Positions 29,215 to 38,834 of a DNA stretch of 64,000 nucleotides are shown in pieces. The translations under genes were made by a program, and so were the position numbers. The DNA lies in the NCBI GenBank assembly GCA_963674755.2, contig CAXXVS010000003.1:576001-640000 (forward strand), read 5' to 3'. Within the stretch, counting starts at the first letter, position 1; each line of letters opens with the position of its first letter. Under the pieces are notes generated by a model. That model was not told where the DNA came from. It did no database searches and was given only the letters and a program-made list of their open reading frames with translations. This DNA is from Desulfobacterales bacterium. Lineage in GTDB: Bacteria; Desulfobacterota; Desulfobacteria; Desulfobacterales; UBA5852.

Positions 29215-29517
29215 GTGAGCATCGGTCTGGAACTTGACTGGACCATCAAAAATCTTGAGGTGCTAAGGGACCTGGTGGATCCTCCTGTCAAAGCCTTGAA
29301 TGAAATTCTTGACGAACTCTACCAATTGCGGATCGACCTCATCGAGGCTGCGATAAAGCGGGACACCGAAAAGTACAAGAAAGCCGCCGGCGCTATGAAA
29401 AAAGCGGCCAAAGAGACCAAAGAAGCTATCGATGACCTGGCAAACTTGGAAAAGGCCATAGAGAAGGTGGCCAAGGCCATCGGGAAAGCGGGAGAATTGC
29501 TGGGGAAAATCACCTGA
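29215..29517 (+). CDS. Helical/coiled-coil hypothetical protein, probably 5'-truncated
   Basis: Protein-like open frame beginning right at the end of the transposase-terminus repeat; no RBS. Confidence 0.55.
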   Translation: MSIGLELDWTIKNLEVLRDLVDPPVKALNEILDELYQLRIDLIEAAIKRDTEKYKKAAGAMKKAAKETKEAIDDLANLEKAIEKVAKAIGKAGELLGKIT

Positions 29518-29518
29518 C

Positions 29519-31702
29519 CTAATTCACCCGGTACGCGACTTCTTCCGTCGTTACGGGGGCGTCCTGACCCTCCAGAAACACCTCGGCCCGCATCGTGAAT
29601 TCCCCCCTGGACAACTTCCAGTCGTAGGTCGGCTTGGCCGTGTAGGAAATCGGCTGGTCGTTGACGATCCAGCGGACTTTTTCCAGGTTGGGGATAGCGG
29701 TCAGGGCAAACTGGAAGTATTCGCGATCATCCGGGATTCGCGGGTCCATGGCCAGCATGAGGCCGCTGCTCGGTTTGCGGATGCGAATCTCCTTCTGCAT
29801 CTCGGGAGCCATGGGCCCGGTTCCGGGCACAAACCACTCGTCCCGGGATTCGCAGTCGTCATCGGCCGGCCGGCCGGTGGCGATGCAGACCCGGTGCTTT
29901 TCCAGTTTTTCACTGAAATAGAGCGGCTTCGCCTCGCGGTACCGGTTCAGTTCATTGAAGATCGACCGCAGCACCAGCGCGGGGCCGGATGAGCCGGTAA
30001 TCTTGTCCATGGCCGCATAGTCCAGATTGCCCATCCAAACACCGACGGTATACTGGTCGTCGAACCCGACCGCCAGGGCATCCCGGTAGTCGCTGGAGGT
30101 TCCCGTTTTCACCGCCGTCTGGTGGGGGAAATTGAGAATCGAGTTCCAACCGAATTCTTTTTCCCGGGCCCCGGGGTCGGACATGATATCGGCGATCAGG
30201 CTGGCGATATCTTCGGAGAGAACCCGCGCATGGCCATTGCGCAAGTATTCCCCCGCCCGAAAAGAGAGGGGTTTGTAGTCGCCCATGCGGGCCAGAACGG
30301 TGTAGGCCTGAACCAATTCATAGAGGGTGATCTCGCCGTTGCCGAGCGCCAGCCCGTCTCCATAGACATTCGGATGACCGGAGAGGCTGCGGACGCCCAG
30401 CCGGTGCAAAAAGGACAAATAGGCCTTGGGCGTAACGTACTGGATGGCACGGACGGCCGGAATGTTGAGCGAGTTGCCTAATGCTTCCCGCAGCGAAATC
30501 ATCCCGTAATGGCCCCGGCTGTAGTTATGATAGGTATGCATCCCGCGGCCGACACTTTCCTCCAGAGGCGTGTCGTCGAGCATCGTGGCGGCCGTCCAGC
30601 CCTTGCGCAGGGCCTTGGCATAGAGCAGCGGTTTCAGGGCCGAACCGGGCTGGCGCCTTACCGTTACGGCATCGATGCGGTTGAAGGCCTTGTCGGGCCG
30701 GCCGGCGAACCCCACGACCCAGGCCATAATTTCATTGGTGGTATGATCCGCGACGAGCACCGCGCCGTTGCGGACCCGGCGCTTCGCCAGGAACTCCAGT
30801 CGGGTGTCAAGGATGCGCTGGGCCTTGTCCTGCACCGTCAGATCGATGGTGGTATGGATCCGGCCCCGGTCGGTGACCGCATCACCGGATGGGGTATCGG
30901 CATGGGCGATGAAATGGGATACGTCATGCGCCATAGCGGACCGGCGCAGATCCAGGTTCTGCTGCGCGATTCGCTCCCGGTCACGGTCATTCAGTTCAAG
31001 GCGGCCGAGCAGGTTGACGATGGATCGGTCGAGATTGGCTTCCTGCCGCCCGGGATCGAGCCATTGCGGGGCTCTGACCAGCACGGTCAGCGCCAGCAGC
31101 TCCTTTTCGTTCAAGGTCGACAGGTCGCGGTCGAAATAGGCGTGGGCGGCCTGAACGACCCCCCGGCGGCGGGCCCGGTAAGGGACCTGGTTCAGGTAGA
31201 ACTCGAAAATCTCGAGCTTGGAGAAGCGCCGCTCCAGCCGCATGGCCTCGAAGCCTTCCACCCACCGCGACCAGAACGTCCGGGGCCGCGGGTGCAGCAT
31301 GCGCACGACCTGCTCGGTGATCGTGCTGGCGCCCCGGACCACCCCGCCGGCCAGGAGGTTTTGGCGGACGGCATTCAGGCGCGCCAGCCAATCGACGCCG
31401 CCGTGGGCATAGTACCGCTTGTCCTCCGAGAGGATGAAGGCCCGCTGCAGCAGCTCGGGGACGTCATGGACGCGGACCGTGTCGTAGGCATTCCATGCGT
31501 TTTCGTAGGTCACATTCAACGGCCTGCCGCGGCGGTCCAGATAGATCGGCTTTCTGATCTCGGCCGCGCCGCCGTATAGATCGGCGGGGATCGGCTGCAG
31601 GCCGAGCAGGGTGGCCACGACGAGGGCCGCCACGGCGCAGCCCCCGCCAATCGCGGCAATTTTCCTGCCGGGCAGGTTTCGGAAGCGAGCGCCAAACATC
31701 AT
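29519..31702 (-). CDS. pbpC: Penicillin-binding protein 1C
   Basis: GT51 motifs EDKRYY..GVD and GASTITEQ; transpeptidase SALK, SLN, KTGT; directly downstream of alpha-2-macroglobulin. Confidence 0.92.
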   Translation of the reverse strand: MMFGARFRNLPGRKIAAIGGGCAVAALVVATLLGLQPIPADLYGGAAEIRKPIYLDRRGRPLNVTYENAWNAYDTVRVHDVPELLQRAFILSEDKRYYAHGGVDWLARLNAVRQNLLAGGVVRGASTITEQVVRMLHPRPRTFWSRWVEGFEAMRLERRFSKLEIFEFYLNQVPYRARRRGVVQAAHAYFDRDLSTLNEKELLALTVLVRAPQWLDPGRQEANLDRSIVNLLGRLELNDRDRERIAQQNLDLRRSAMAHDVSHFIAHADTPSGDAVTDRGRIHTTIDLTVQDKAQRILDTRLEFLAKRRVRNGAVLVADHTTNEIMAWVVGFAGRPDKAFNRIDAVTVRRQPGSALKPLLYAKALRKGWTAATMLDDTPLEESVGRGMHTYHNYSRGHYGMISLREALGNSLNIPAVRAIQYVTPKAYLSFLHRLGVRSLSGHPNVYGDGLALGNGEITLYELVQAYTVLARMGDYKPLSFRAGEYLRNGHARVLSEDIASLIADIMSDPGAREKEFGWNSILNFPHQTAVKTGTSSDYRDALAVGFDDQYTVGVWMGNLDYAAMDKITGSSGPALVLRSIFNELNRYREAKPLYFSEKLEKHRVCIATGRPADDDCESRDEWFVPGTGPMAPEMQKEIRIRKPSSGLMLAMDPRIPDDREYFQFALTAIPNLEKVRWIVNDQPISYTAKPTYDWKLSRGEFTMRAEVFLEGQDAPVTTEEVAYRVN

Positions 31703-34700
31703 TCCCCCACGATCAGCGTGGCCGGCAGGCCTTTACCGAAGACATCGGGATCGTACATCTCTTCGGCGTGCACCGGCATGACGCTAAAGCGGCCTTCCGC
31801 AATGGCCTGGGCCGTGTAGGAAAGCCGATAGTTTCCGGCGGGGAGATAGTCGGCATAAAACCGTGCGGCATCATGCCGCAGCTCCTCGTGGTAGAAGCTC
31901 CAGAAATAACGCCCGAAGGTGGTCCAGTCCGAAAAATGAAAGTACCAGGAACCCTCGGCCGCCTGGAATTTACCCTTGTCCGCATCCACCTGGGAGGCCG
32001 TGGCCAGATCGGTGTTCACCGGCTCAAGCCCCCCCGGAATAGGATCGTTGACCACGACGAAATGACGCGCCGTGGGCACGGAGACGAAGAGATCGACCTT
32101 CGCCAGCTCGCCGCGCCTGATCTCCATGGGGCTTTCCAGCAGAACGAACGCGCCGTCCCGCTCCACGGAATATTCCCGCCGGATCTCGATGCCCGCGTTG
32201 ATGCGGTCCGCGGCCCCTTCCTTGAGGGCATAGGTCATCCGGGCCGCGTAGTAGAGGCGGCCGGGGCCCTGCTTGGTGATGTGCATGGTCTCGGAACGGC
32301 CCGGGTCGCCGGAACGGATCGGCCGGCTGACCGTCACCTGCGGGTCGGACCGGTTCGTGAACGTGGCCTCGCCCAGGGGTTCGTCGTCGAGCCGGACCGC
32401 CACCTGCATATCGGGTTGGTCCTTTTCGTAAATCGCCGCATAGTCCATCAGGGCATTGGTGCAGAAGAGATTCTCCTGGGTGTTGTCCCAGTGGTCCCGA
32501 TTGCCCCTGCTCTGGGTGATGCTGCGGACCAGCTTGAAGGGGATGTCGCCCACCGCGGCCTCCGGGCCGAGCTCGGACTGGGCGCTGAGCAGGCCCGAGA
32601 GGATGGCGCAATTGGAACGCATCGGCGTCGCCAGGATGTATTTGTAGCTGTCGTCCCAGGGTTCGTTGAATTGGAACTTCCCGCCGGATTGGCTGGCCGC
32701 GCCGAGAATGGCGTCGATCGTGGTGCGGACGGTGCTTGGGGGCACCTTCGCGGTCTTGACGGCGGCCTGCAGGAAATGCGCTTTGCCGAAGAGGTCCATC
32801 TCCGGCAGGTGGGAGGCATACCGATCCACGTCCGCGGCGGACACCTTGCCGGCCTCCGCCAGGGCTGCCAGGGCCACCGCCCGGACCGACGAGGCCATCC
32901 CGCGGCTGAAAAAGGTGGGGAATTCATCCCGGCGCAGCAGGTTCAACAGGTAGTCATGCAGCTTGTTCGCAACTTCGGCCGGTATGGTGTGCCCGCTTTT
33001 TCCCAGCCAGTTGAAAGCCAGGGCCGTGTAGGCGGAGAGATAGGGGCTGACGTGGTCGTTGGTGGGGACCCAATAGGCCATGCCGCCATTGGGCGCCTGG
33101 AAGTTGGCGGCCGCCCCCAGCGCCCCGGCGATGTCGCCGGCGGGGTCGGGCCACTGGGTCGCGGCATCCAGATAGGGGTGCAGGGCGACATAGCCGTTGG
33201 CCATTACGGCCTTGGTCAGCCGCTGTTCCCAACACATGTAGGGATAGTCTTGGACGTAGCGGAAGGCCCCGCTGAGATTGCCGATCACCGAAGGGGCGAG
33301 CACGGCTTCGATCACGCCTACATCGGCATGGGCGCCGGCCGGAACCCGCATCGATTCGTCGACTGCGGCGGCCGTGGTGGTGCCGTAGCTGGCCGCGGTT
33401 TCCAGCGCGCGGCGTTTATGCACCGGCACGGTGTGCGCGATCGCATCGCCGTCCACGGCATCGCGGGCCTCGGCCACGAATTTCAAATCGCCGCTGCCTT
33501 CCGTTGTCAGGGGCAGCCAGATGTTCGTTCGCTGGTAGGGCGCGAGGGGCACATCGTATGCAAACGCCCGTTGCGTCCCCTTGGCCAGCGGACCGGAAAC
33601 AGCAACCTTGACCTTGAGATGCCGCTCCCGGCCGGTGCGGTTCATCACGTTGAAGCCGGCCTTGAAAGCATCTCCCTCGATCAACTGATTGGGCATCACG
33701 GGGCGCAGTTCGGTCGGTCGGTTGACCTTGAAGCCCGCATCCCCCAGCCCCATGCGATCGTCCGGGTTCACGGCCAGGGCCAGGATCCGCCAACCGGTCA
33801 GATTGTCCGGGACCGAAAATTCGATTTCAGCCCGGCCGTCGCGATCCGGCCGGATCGAGGGGTTCCAGTAGCTGACGTATTTGAACAGGTTGCGCAGCTT
33901 CAAATAGGCCGCCCCGCCACCGCCGCCGGGGTTGGCCCCCTTCTTCTCGAACTTCTGCCGGCCCACCAGGCGGCTGATGAGGCTGTAGGTGTCGACGTCC
34001 AGGGGGTCCAGGTGGTTGAAGCCCGCATAGGGATCGTAGTAGCTCTTCCCGCGGCGGTTCAACGCCAGGACCGACTCGTCCACCACCGCGACGGCGATTT
34101 CGCAATCCGGCCGCCCGCCGAGTTTCCCGGGGTCGATCCGGATCCCGGCCTTGACCGTGCTCCTGGGCTTGTAAACTTCCCGATCGGTGGTCACCGTGAC
34201 GCCGATTTCCTTGTAGGGATCGGACACTGGCACGCTTACATAGCCCATGCGATAGCTTGGCTTGCCGAGATCGACCTGGCCGGGGCCGAGAGGTTTTTCG
34301 ACGCGGGGGGAGACCACGACCACCGAAAGGTAGAACCCCGGCAGGTAGTCGGGCTTGACCGGGACCTCGATAACCGGCGTACTGGTCGCCAGGGTCTCCA
34401 CCCAGCTGTCCAGAACGCCGTAGCGCTCCACGGTCACCAGCGCTTTCGCCCCCGGAAAGGGATTTTTGATCAGGTAGCGGGCCGTATCGCCGACTTTCCA
34501 GCGCTCTTGCTCGGCCATGATTTGCAGGGTCGCATCATTGGTCTGATCCCAGACGACGCTCCCCCTTCCCGTGACCCAGCCGTAGATCGTGGTCTGGTGC
34601 GGCCGCCCCTGGGAGTCCTTGATGGTCGCCACGAACTGGTAATAGCCGGGATGCTGCGGCGTGAATTGACAGGCTTGCGCCGTCTTGGCGCTCTCCAGGC

Positions 34701-37700
34701 GGCAGCGGGTTTCTTCGACCCACGCCATGATATTTTTGGTCAGGTAGGCATTGCCCGGTCCTTTGACACGGGACGCCTTGTATTCGCGGTGATTGACGAC
34801 AATCTCGACATCCACGCCCGGAACCGGTTCGCCCGCCTGGTTCACCACCAGCGCTTCCAGTTTCGCCGGCAGGCCCTTTTTGTAAAGCCACTGGGTATTG
34901 CGCAGGCCGACAAAGCGGTCGCGGCCGGCGTAGTCCGCCTTCGCCGTGGCGGCCACAAACTTGCCCCGGTCGTCCCGGACCGCGGCTTCGACCGTGATCG
35001 CACCGAAATAGATCCCCGTCTCGGGCAGGGTAAAGGCATCGACGTACTGCCCCGTGTTGTCCAGCTTGCCCCGGATGTCGAGCAGCAGGCTTTGTTCCCG
35101 GTTCAAATGGCTGCCGCTGCGGCTGCCGAAGGTAAAGCCTTTGGCCTGGGGGTTGCCGGTCGTAAACGGTTTCGGGGCCAGGGTCGCCGTCAGCCGGATC
35201 TCCGCGGCGGAGAAGGGGCCGCCGGAATGCAGGGTTGCCAGGGAGGTCACTTCCACCTGGTCCTTGGCCTTGAACAGGTCCCCGTTGAGCTCCGTCTTCA
35301 CCTTGAAGGGCGAGGGGGTGAAATCGCTGATCAGGACCGACATGGGGGTCCAGGTAAAGCGAGGTGTTTCCTCCCCGGATGTTTTGGACGGCATCAGGCG
35401 AAACTGATACCACCCGACCGCGCCCTGTTCGGGCACCTTGAATTGTCCGTCGCAGGCCCCGAATTCATTCAGGGTGATGTCGTGCAACTCATGAACGATT
35501 TTATCCTGCGGATCGACCACTTGCAGCGCATACCCTTCCCGTCGGGGAGCGATCCAGTGGGTGTTGCTCTGCTCCCGAACATAAATCTTGTACTGAACCG
35601 TATCCCCCAGCTTGTAGATACCCTGGGCCGTCGTGCCCCAGCTGCGGGTATGCCCGCCGCGCTTCTCCAGGCGGGGATAGGTGCCGCTGCCCCGGACGGC
35701 AAAGTTGCCGTTTAAGGGAAGGAGGGCGATATCCCCATTGGCTTCGACTTTGGCGAAATACCCCGGATTGTTTTTACCGTAGCCGCCGTTGACGAACTTC
35801 AGATCGGGATCGAACGCGGCCAGCCCCGGCAGCCGGGCCAAGCCGTCGCGATCGGTCGCCGCCGCCGGCCCAAGCGTTTGCAGTTCGGTCAGATGATCGT
35901 AATCGCCCTTGAGCAGGGACACCTTGGCGTCCGTCACCGGCAGGCCGCTGTCGAAACGGGTCACCCAGGCCATGGAATTGAAGTGCCCCAGCTTGAAATG
36001 CACCTGGTAGGGCGTGACCTCGGCCAGAACCGCCGGGTCGCGATACCAGTCGGGCGGCACCGGATCCGGATGCAGATAGCCGTATAAGACTCCGGACGAT
36101 TCCCCCAGCAATTTCCTGACGCCCATCGGCATGGCATAGGCGATATCCTCGGGCCCCTTAACCGCCATCGTCTCCGTGAGCCCGGCACGCGCCTGTGAAC
36201 GCCCCAGCTTGTCATAGGCCACCGTCACCTTGTTCAGGTTGGTGACATAAAGCGGGACATCGCTGTCCACCCCTTTTTCCAGCACGGCGGCAAAATGGTT
36301 CAACACCAGGCGGGGTTCGCGATGGCTGGTAACGAAGCTGAAGTCCACCGGTTCGGCCAGGTGCCGGCCGAACTCATCCTGCAGCCGGGCGACATCGAAT
36401 GCGAGGGTATATTTCCGGGCCGCCTGCAAGGATTCCGGCAGCCAGACATTATAATGGCGTCCCTTGCGGTGCGGATAGTCCAGGCGGGTAAAATCGTACT
36501 GGTTTTCCCAGGGATCGTAGTCGTTGCGCCCTCCATCCAGCGGGGGGGAAAACGTGACATGGTCGCGCACCTGGGTGTTCTTCACCGGCGCGGAAAAGAT
36601 AAGCCCGATGGGGTTGAGGGGGACACAGCGATCCTGGACGCCTTGGCCTTGCGGCGCGCGCAGCTCGGCGAGCGAAAAATCCCGGGGGCGGCGTTCCCCC
36701 TTGGGTGTGCAGCGCAACCCTAGGAATTCGAATGGTGGATAGGTTTCGAAACTGACCAGGGTTCGCTTTTCCATACCGGTTTCCGGCCCCTCGCTCGAGA
36801 CGAGCCCCGGGGCGATGTCGAACCATATGGTTTCGCCCAGGGGTAGCTCCTGCCGGGGTTCGACCACCCAGATGCGGCGAGCCTCATCCTCGCCGACCTT
36901 GGTGTAGCGGTCATCGACGCCGGGCTGTTTCCCCTCCTCGGTCATCGCCAGCCACCAGGGCAGCTCTCGCGGCATATCGTCGGGAAAGGCCACCACCCCG
37001 ACGGGATGGGACTGCCCGGAGTGCCGTGCGGTCATGGTCAGGGTCGCTTCCACGGACGTTTTGGTCACCGGTTGATTGAAGGTGACCTGGATCAGCGGCG
37101 TCCCCGGCGACAGCCAGTTGACGAACCGCTGGAACTTTACCTTCGGCCGGGCCGTGACAAAGCTGTGCGTGACGGTCTTTTTCAGACGGGCGCCATGTTC
37201 CGTTGTGATACCCGGCGCCATGACCACCTCGTAGCGGGTGGCCGGTTTCATCCGGTCTTCTTCGCGCAGTTGGCAGGCCAGGGCGCTGGTATTCAGCCAG
37301 CGCCACTCGCAGGCCAGGGCCGGCGTCACCGTCACGGGAATTTCGGCGGCGCTGCGTTCCATTCGGCCGATGGGCACAACAGGACGGTCGAACTGAAAAA
37401 CGATCTGCCGCCCCGGCGGAACATCATCCCCTTTCGGGGTAATCCGCAAAAGCTTCAACGCTTGGCCGGCCGGCACGGCCGACGCATCGAAGGCCAGCAT
37501 GGCCGCAAGGTCTTCGTTCCGTTCGCGGTAGCTCTCCGCCAGACAGGCATCGTCCGCATGACCCTGGCGGCTGCATTTCTGGTTGCGGCTTTTAAGCCAT
37601 TCCAACTGCTCCGCTTTCACCCGGGCCGCCTCCTCGGCAGGCAGTCCATCGCGGACATTGCGGTAGAGCCGGGACAGCTTGACATCCTGCCGCGACAGGC

Positions 37701-37833
37701 TGTCGGAGGCGCAAATCGCCCGCTCCACCGGGTTGGATGCCTTGGTGCAGTCGAAACTGGGCCCGGCGGCCAGGGCGATATGGGTGACGCATAAAAAAAA
37801 CAGACCTGCAACGGCGATCATTCGTCGGTTCAT
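31699..37833 (-). CDS. Bacterial alpha-2-macroglobulin with N-terminal LprI (DUF1311)-like domain
   Basis: ~2040 aa; YPYMCWEQ thioester motif, PDNLTGWR, DPIPGGLEPVN, EEMYDPDVFG; N-terminal PSFDC..A...E..IC...Q..W...RN..C....C. Confidence 0.92.
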   Translation of the reverse strand: MNRRMIAVAGLFFLCVTHIALAAGPSFDCTKASNPVERAICASDSLSRQDVKLSRLYRNVRDGLPAEEAARVKAEQLEWLKSRNQKCSRQGHADDACLAESYRERNEDLAAMLAFDASAVPAGQALKLLRITPKGDDVPPGRQIVFQFDRPVVPIGRMERSAAEIPVTVTPALACEWRWLNTSALACQLREEDRMKPATRYEVVMAPGITTEHGARLKKTVTHSFVTARPKVKFQRFVNWLSPGTPLIQVTFNQPVTKTSVEATLTMTARHSGQSHPVGVVAFPDDMPRELPWWLAMTEEGKQPGVDDRYTKVGEDEARRIWVVEPRQELPLGETIWFDIAPGLVSSEGPETGMEKRTLVSFETYPPFEFLGLRCTPKGERRPRDFSLAELRAPQGQGVQDRCVPLNPIGLIFSAPVKNTQVRDHVTFSPPLDGGRNDYDPWENQYDFTRLDYPHRKGRHYNVWLPESLQAARKYTLAFDVARLQDEFGRHLAEPVDFSFVTSHREPRLVLNHFAAVLEKGVDSDVPLYVTNLNKVTVAYDKLGRSQARAGLTETMAVKGPEDIAYAMPMGVRKLLGESSGVLYGYLHPDPVPPDWYRDPAVLAEVTPYQVHFKLGHFNSMAWVTRFDSGLPVTDAKVSLLKGDYDHLTELQTLGPAAATDRDGLARLPGLAAFDPDLKFVNGGYGKNNPGYFAKVEANGDIALLPLNGNFAVRGSGTYPRLEKRGGHTRSWGTTAQGIYKLGDTVQYKIYVREQSNTHWIAPRREGYALQVVDPQDKIVHELHDITLNEFGACDGQFKVPEQGAVGWYQFRLMPSKTSGEETPRFTWTPMSVLISDFTPSPFKVKTELNGDLFKAKDQVEVTSLATLHSGGPFSAAEIRLTATLAPKPFTTGNPQAKGFTFGSRSGSHLNREQSLLLDIRGKLDNTGQYVDAFTLPETGIYFGAITVEAAVRDDRGKFVAATAKADYAGRDRFVGLRNTQWLYKKGLPAKLEALVVNQAGEPVPGVDVEIVVNHREYKASRVKGPGNAYLTKNIMAWVEETRCRLESAKTAQACQFTPQHPGYYQFVATIKDSQGRPHQTTIYGWVTGRGSVVWDQTNDATLQIMAEQERWKVGDTARYLIKNPFPGAKALVTVERYGVLDSWVETLATSTPVIEVPVKPDYLPGFYLSVVVVSPRVEKPLGPGQVDLGKPSYRMGYVSVPVSDPYKEIGVTVTTDREVYKPRSTVKAGIRIDPGKLGGRPDCEIAVAVVDESVLALNRRGKSYYDPYAGFNHLDPLDVDTYSLISRLVGRQKFEKKGANPGGGGGAAYLKLRNLFKYVSYWNPSIRPDRDGRAEIEFSVPDNLTGWRILALAVNPDDRMGLGDAGFKVNRPTELRPVMPNQLIEGDAFKAGFNVMNRTGRERHLKVKVAVSGPLAKGTQRAFAYDVPLAPYQRTNIWLPLTTEGSGDLKFVAEARDAVDGDAIAHTVPVHKRRALETAASYGTTTAAAVDESMRVPAGAHADVGVIEAVLAPSVIGNLSGAFRYVQDYPYMCWEQRLTKAVMANGYVALHPYLDAATQWPDPAGDIAGALGAAANFQAPNGGMAYWVPTNDHVSPYLSAYTALAFNWLGKSGHTIPAEVANKLHDYLLNLLRRDEFPTFFSRGMASSVRAVALAALAEAGKVSAADVDRYASHLPEMDLFGKAHFLQAAVKTAKVPPSTVRTTIDAILGAASQSGGKFQFNEPWDDSYKYILATPMRSNCAILSGLLSAQSELGPEAAVGDIPFKLVRSITQSRGNRDHWDNTQENLFCTNALMDYAAIYEKDQPDMQVAVRLDDEPLGEATFTNRSDPQVTVSRPIRSGDPGRSETMHITKQGPGRLYYAARMTYALKEGAADRINAGIEIRREYSVERDGAFVLLESPMEIRRGELAKVDLFVSVPTARHFVVVNDPIPGGLEPVNTDLATASQVDADKGKFQAAEGSWYFHFSDWTTFGRYFWSFYHEELRHDAARFYADYLPAGNYRLSYTAQAIAEGRFSVMPVHAEEMYDPDVFGKGLPATLIVGE

Positions 37834-37969
37834 TTCCCATCCCGATGGTTTGAGATACGTTTTCCATCCCGCTTTCGCATAGCCCGGGAAGATGGCTCCC
37901 ATCCTTCTATTAATTCGCATTTACTTCCTCATCTATATATAGAAAAGAGTTTGGAACGATCACGGGAGA

Positions 37970-38566
37970 CTATTTAGGCAGTTTATAGGACACGTTGCCG
38001 TCCTTGACCACGATGTATTTTTTCTGCTGGAGGGTATCGATGATGGCCGTCAGCTCCTTTTCCTGGAGCTTCTGGGTGAACAGGGAATTGATGGTGTTGG
38101 TGAGCGTCTTGACCTTGCGCGGCCGGGACTGGCCGCGGCCGGCCAGGTTTTTCACGATGGCGTCGATCTTTTCATCGCTGCTCTTGGCCTTGGACATGCG
38201 CAGCGCCGGGATTTCGGCCAGGTCTTTTTCCCGCTGCACCCTTATTTTGATACCCTTCAGGTGCTTGATGAGGGGGTCGAAGCCGGTGTCCTTGGAGATG
38301 ATGTGAAAATTGGCGTCCGGCTCCTGGCTGGCGAGCTGGCCGATGTAAAACGCGATATGAAAATCGAGGGCGTTTTTGCCGTTGCCGCTGATCTTGATGT
38401 AGCGGGCCTTGTCCCCCAGCTTCTGCATGGCTTCGGCCAGGTCGTAGGGCACCTTGGCCTGGCTGGCGCCGACGAACACCAGCACCGTGAAGGGATGGCG
38501 GGAAAGGATTTCCAGGTTTTTGGGACGAACGTTTTCGAAGTCGATCAGCACGTAGTTGGTGGGCAA
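37970..38566 (-). CDS. PIN/NYN-like domain protein
   Basis: LIDFENV, GKNALDFHIAFYIG, IISKDTGFDPLI acidic PIN motifs; TTG start after GGGAG. Confidence 0.85.
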   Translation of the reverse strand: MPTNYVLIDFENVRPKNLEILSRHPFTVLVFVGASQAKVPYDLAEAMQKLGDKARYIKISGNGKNALDFHIAFYIGQLASQEPDANFHIISKDTGFDPLIKHLKGIKIRVQREKDLAEIPALRMSKAKSSDEKIDAIVKNLAGRGQSRPRKVKTLTNTINSLFTQKLQEKELTAIIDTLQQKKYIVVKDGNVSYKLPK

Positions 38567-38628
38567 GGAGTACTCCCTTCTTCTGGCAAACGTTCATGGG
38601 AATGTTTTGGTCGGGTCTCCGGTTGGAG

Positions 38629-38700
38629 GTTTAACGTCGTGTATTACCCGTGAGCCGGGCGATAGTCCTGCGAATTGGAGGTAGATGCGCTTATTATCTT
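38629..38700 (-). mobile_element. attC-like integron recombination site 2 (R'' damaged)
   Basis: Minus strand: AAGATAA[C missing]-TAAGC-L'' GCATCTAC ... L' GTAATAC-ACGAC-R' GTTAAAC (perfect GTTRRRY); extrahelical G on the bottom strand. Confidence 0.7.
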
Positions 38701-38736
38701 GTTGTTTTTATTCACTATGCTTATCCAAAACAAAAC

Positions 38737-38765
38737 TTGACAATTCTGTCTCAATGAATTACCGT
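38737..38765 (+). promoter_or_regulatory. Sigma-70 promoter for the small RNA
   Basis: TTGACA(38737-42)-17 bp-TACCGT(38760-65), A-rich UP-like tract upstream; a TATAAT also lies at 38769-74. Confidence 0.7.
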
Positions 38766-38771
38766 AATTAT

Positions 38772-38830
38772 AATCCACTTAAGTGGAGGTGGATGGCAAC
38801 CTGCCATCGGGGCCGAAAGGCCCTTTTTTA
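38772..38830 (+). ncRNA. Candidate ~60-nt structured RNA convergent with the DUF3800 gene
   Basis: Three consecutive stems (TCCACTTAAGTGGA; GATGGCA-ACC-TGCCATC; GGGCC-GAAA-GGCCC) then T6; promoter directly upstream; no ORF fits in the predicted transcript. Confidence 0.65.
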
Positions 38831-38834
38831 TTGC

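Noticed and set aside
31768..35715. 1315-aa + strand ORF and other long antisense ORFs (e.g. 6852-8135, 41796-43250, 55992-57401, 60549-62288)
   Set aside because: Shadow frames opposite well-supported genes, expected from high GC3 codon usage; no recognisable motifs
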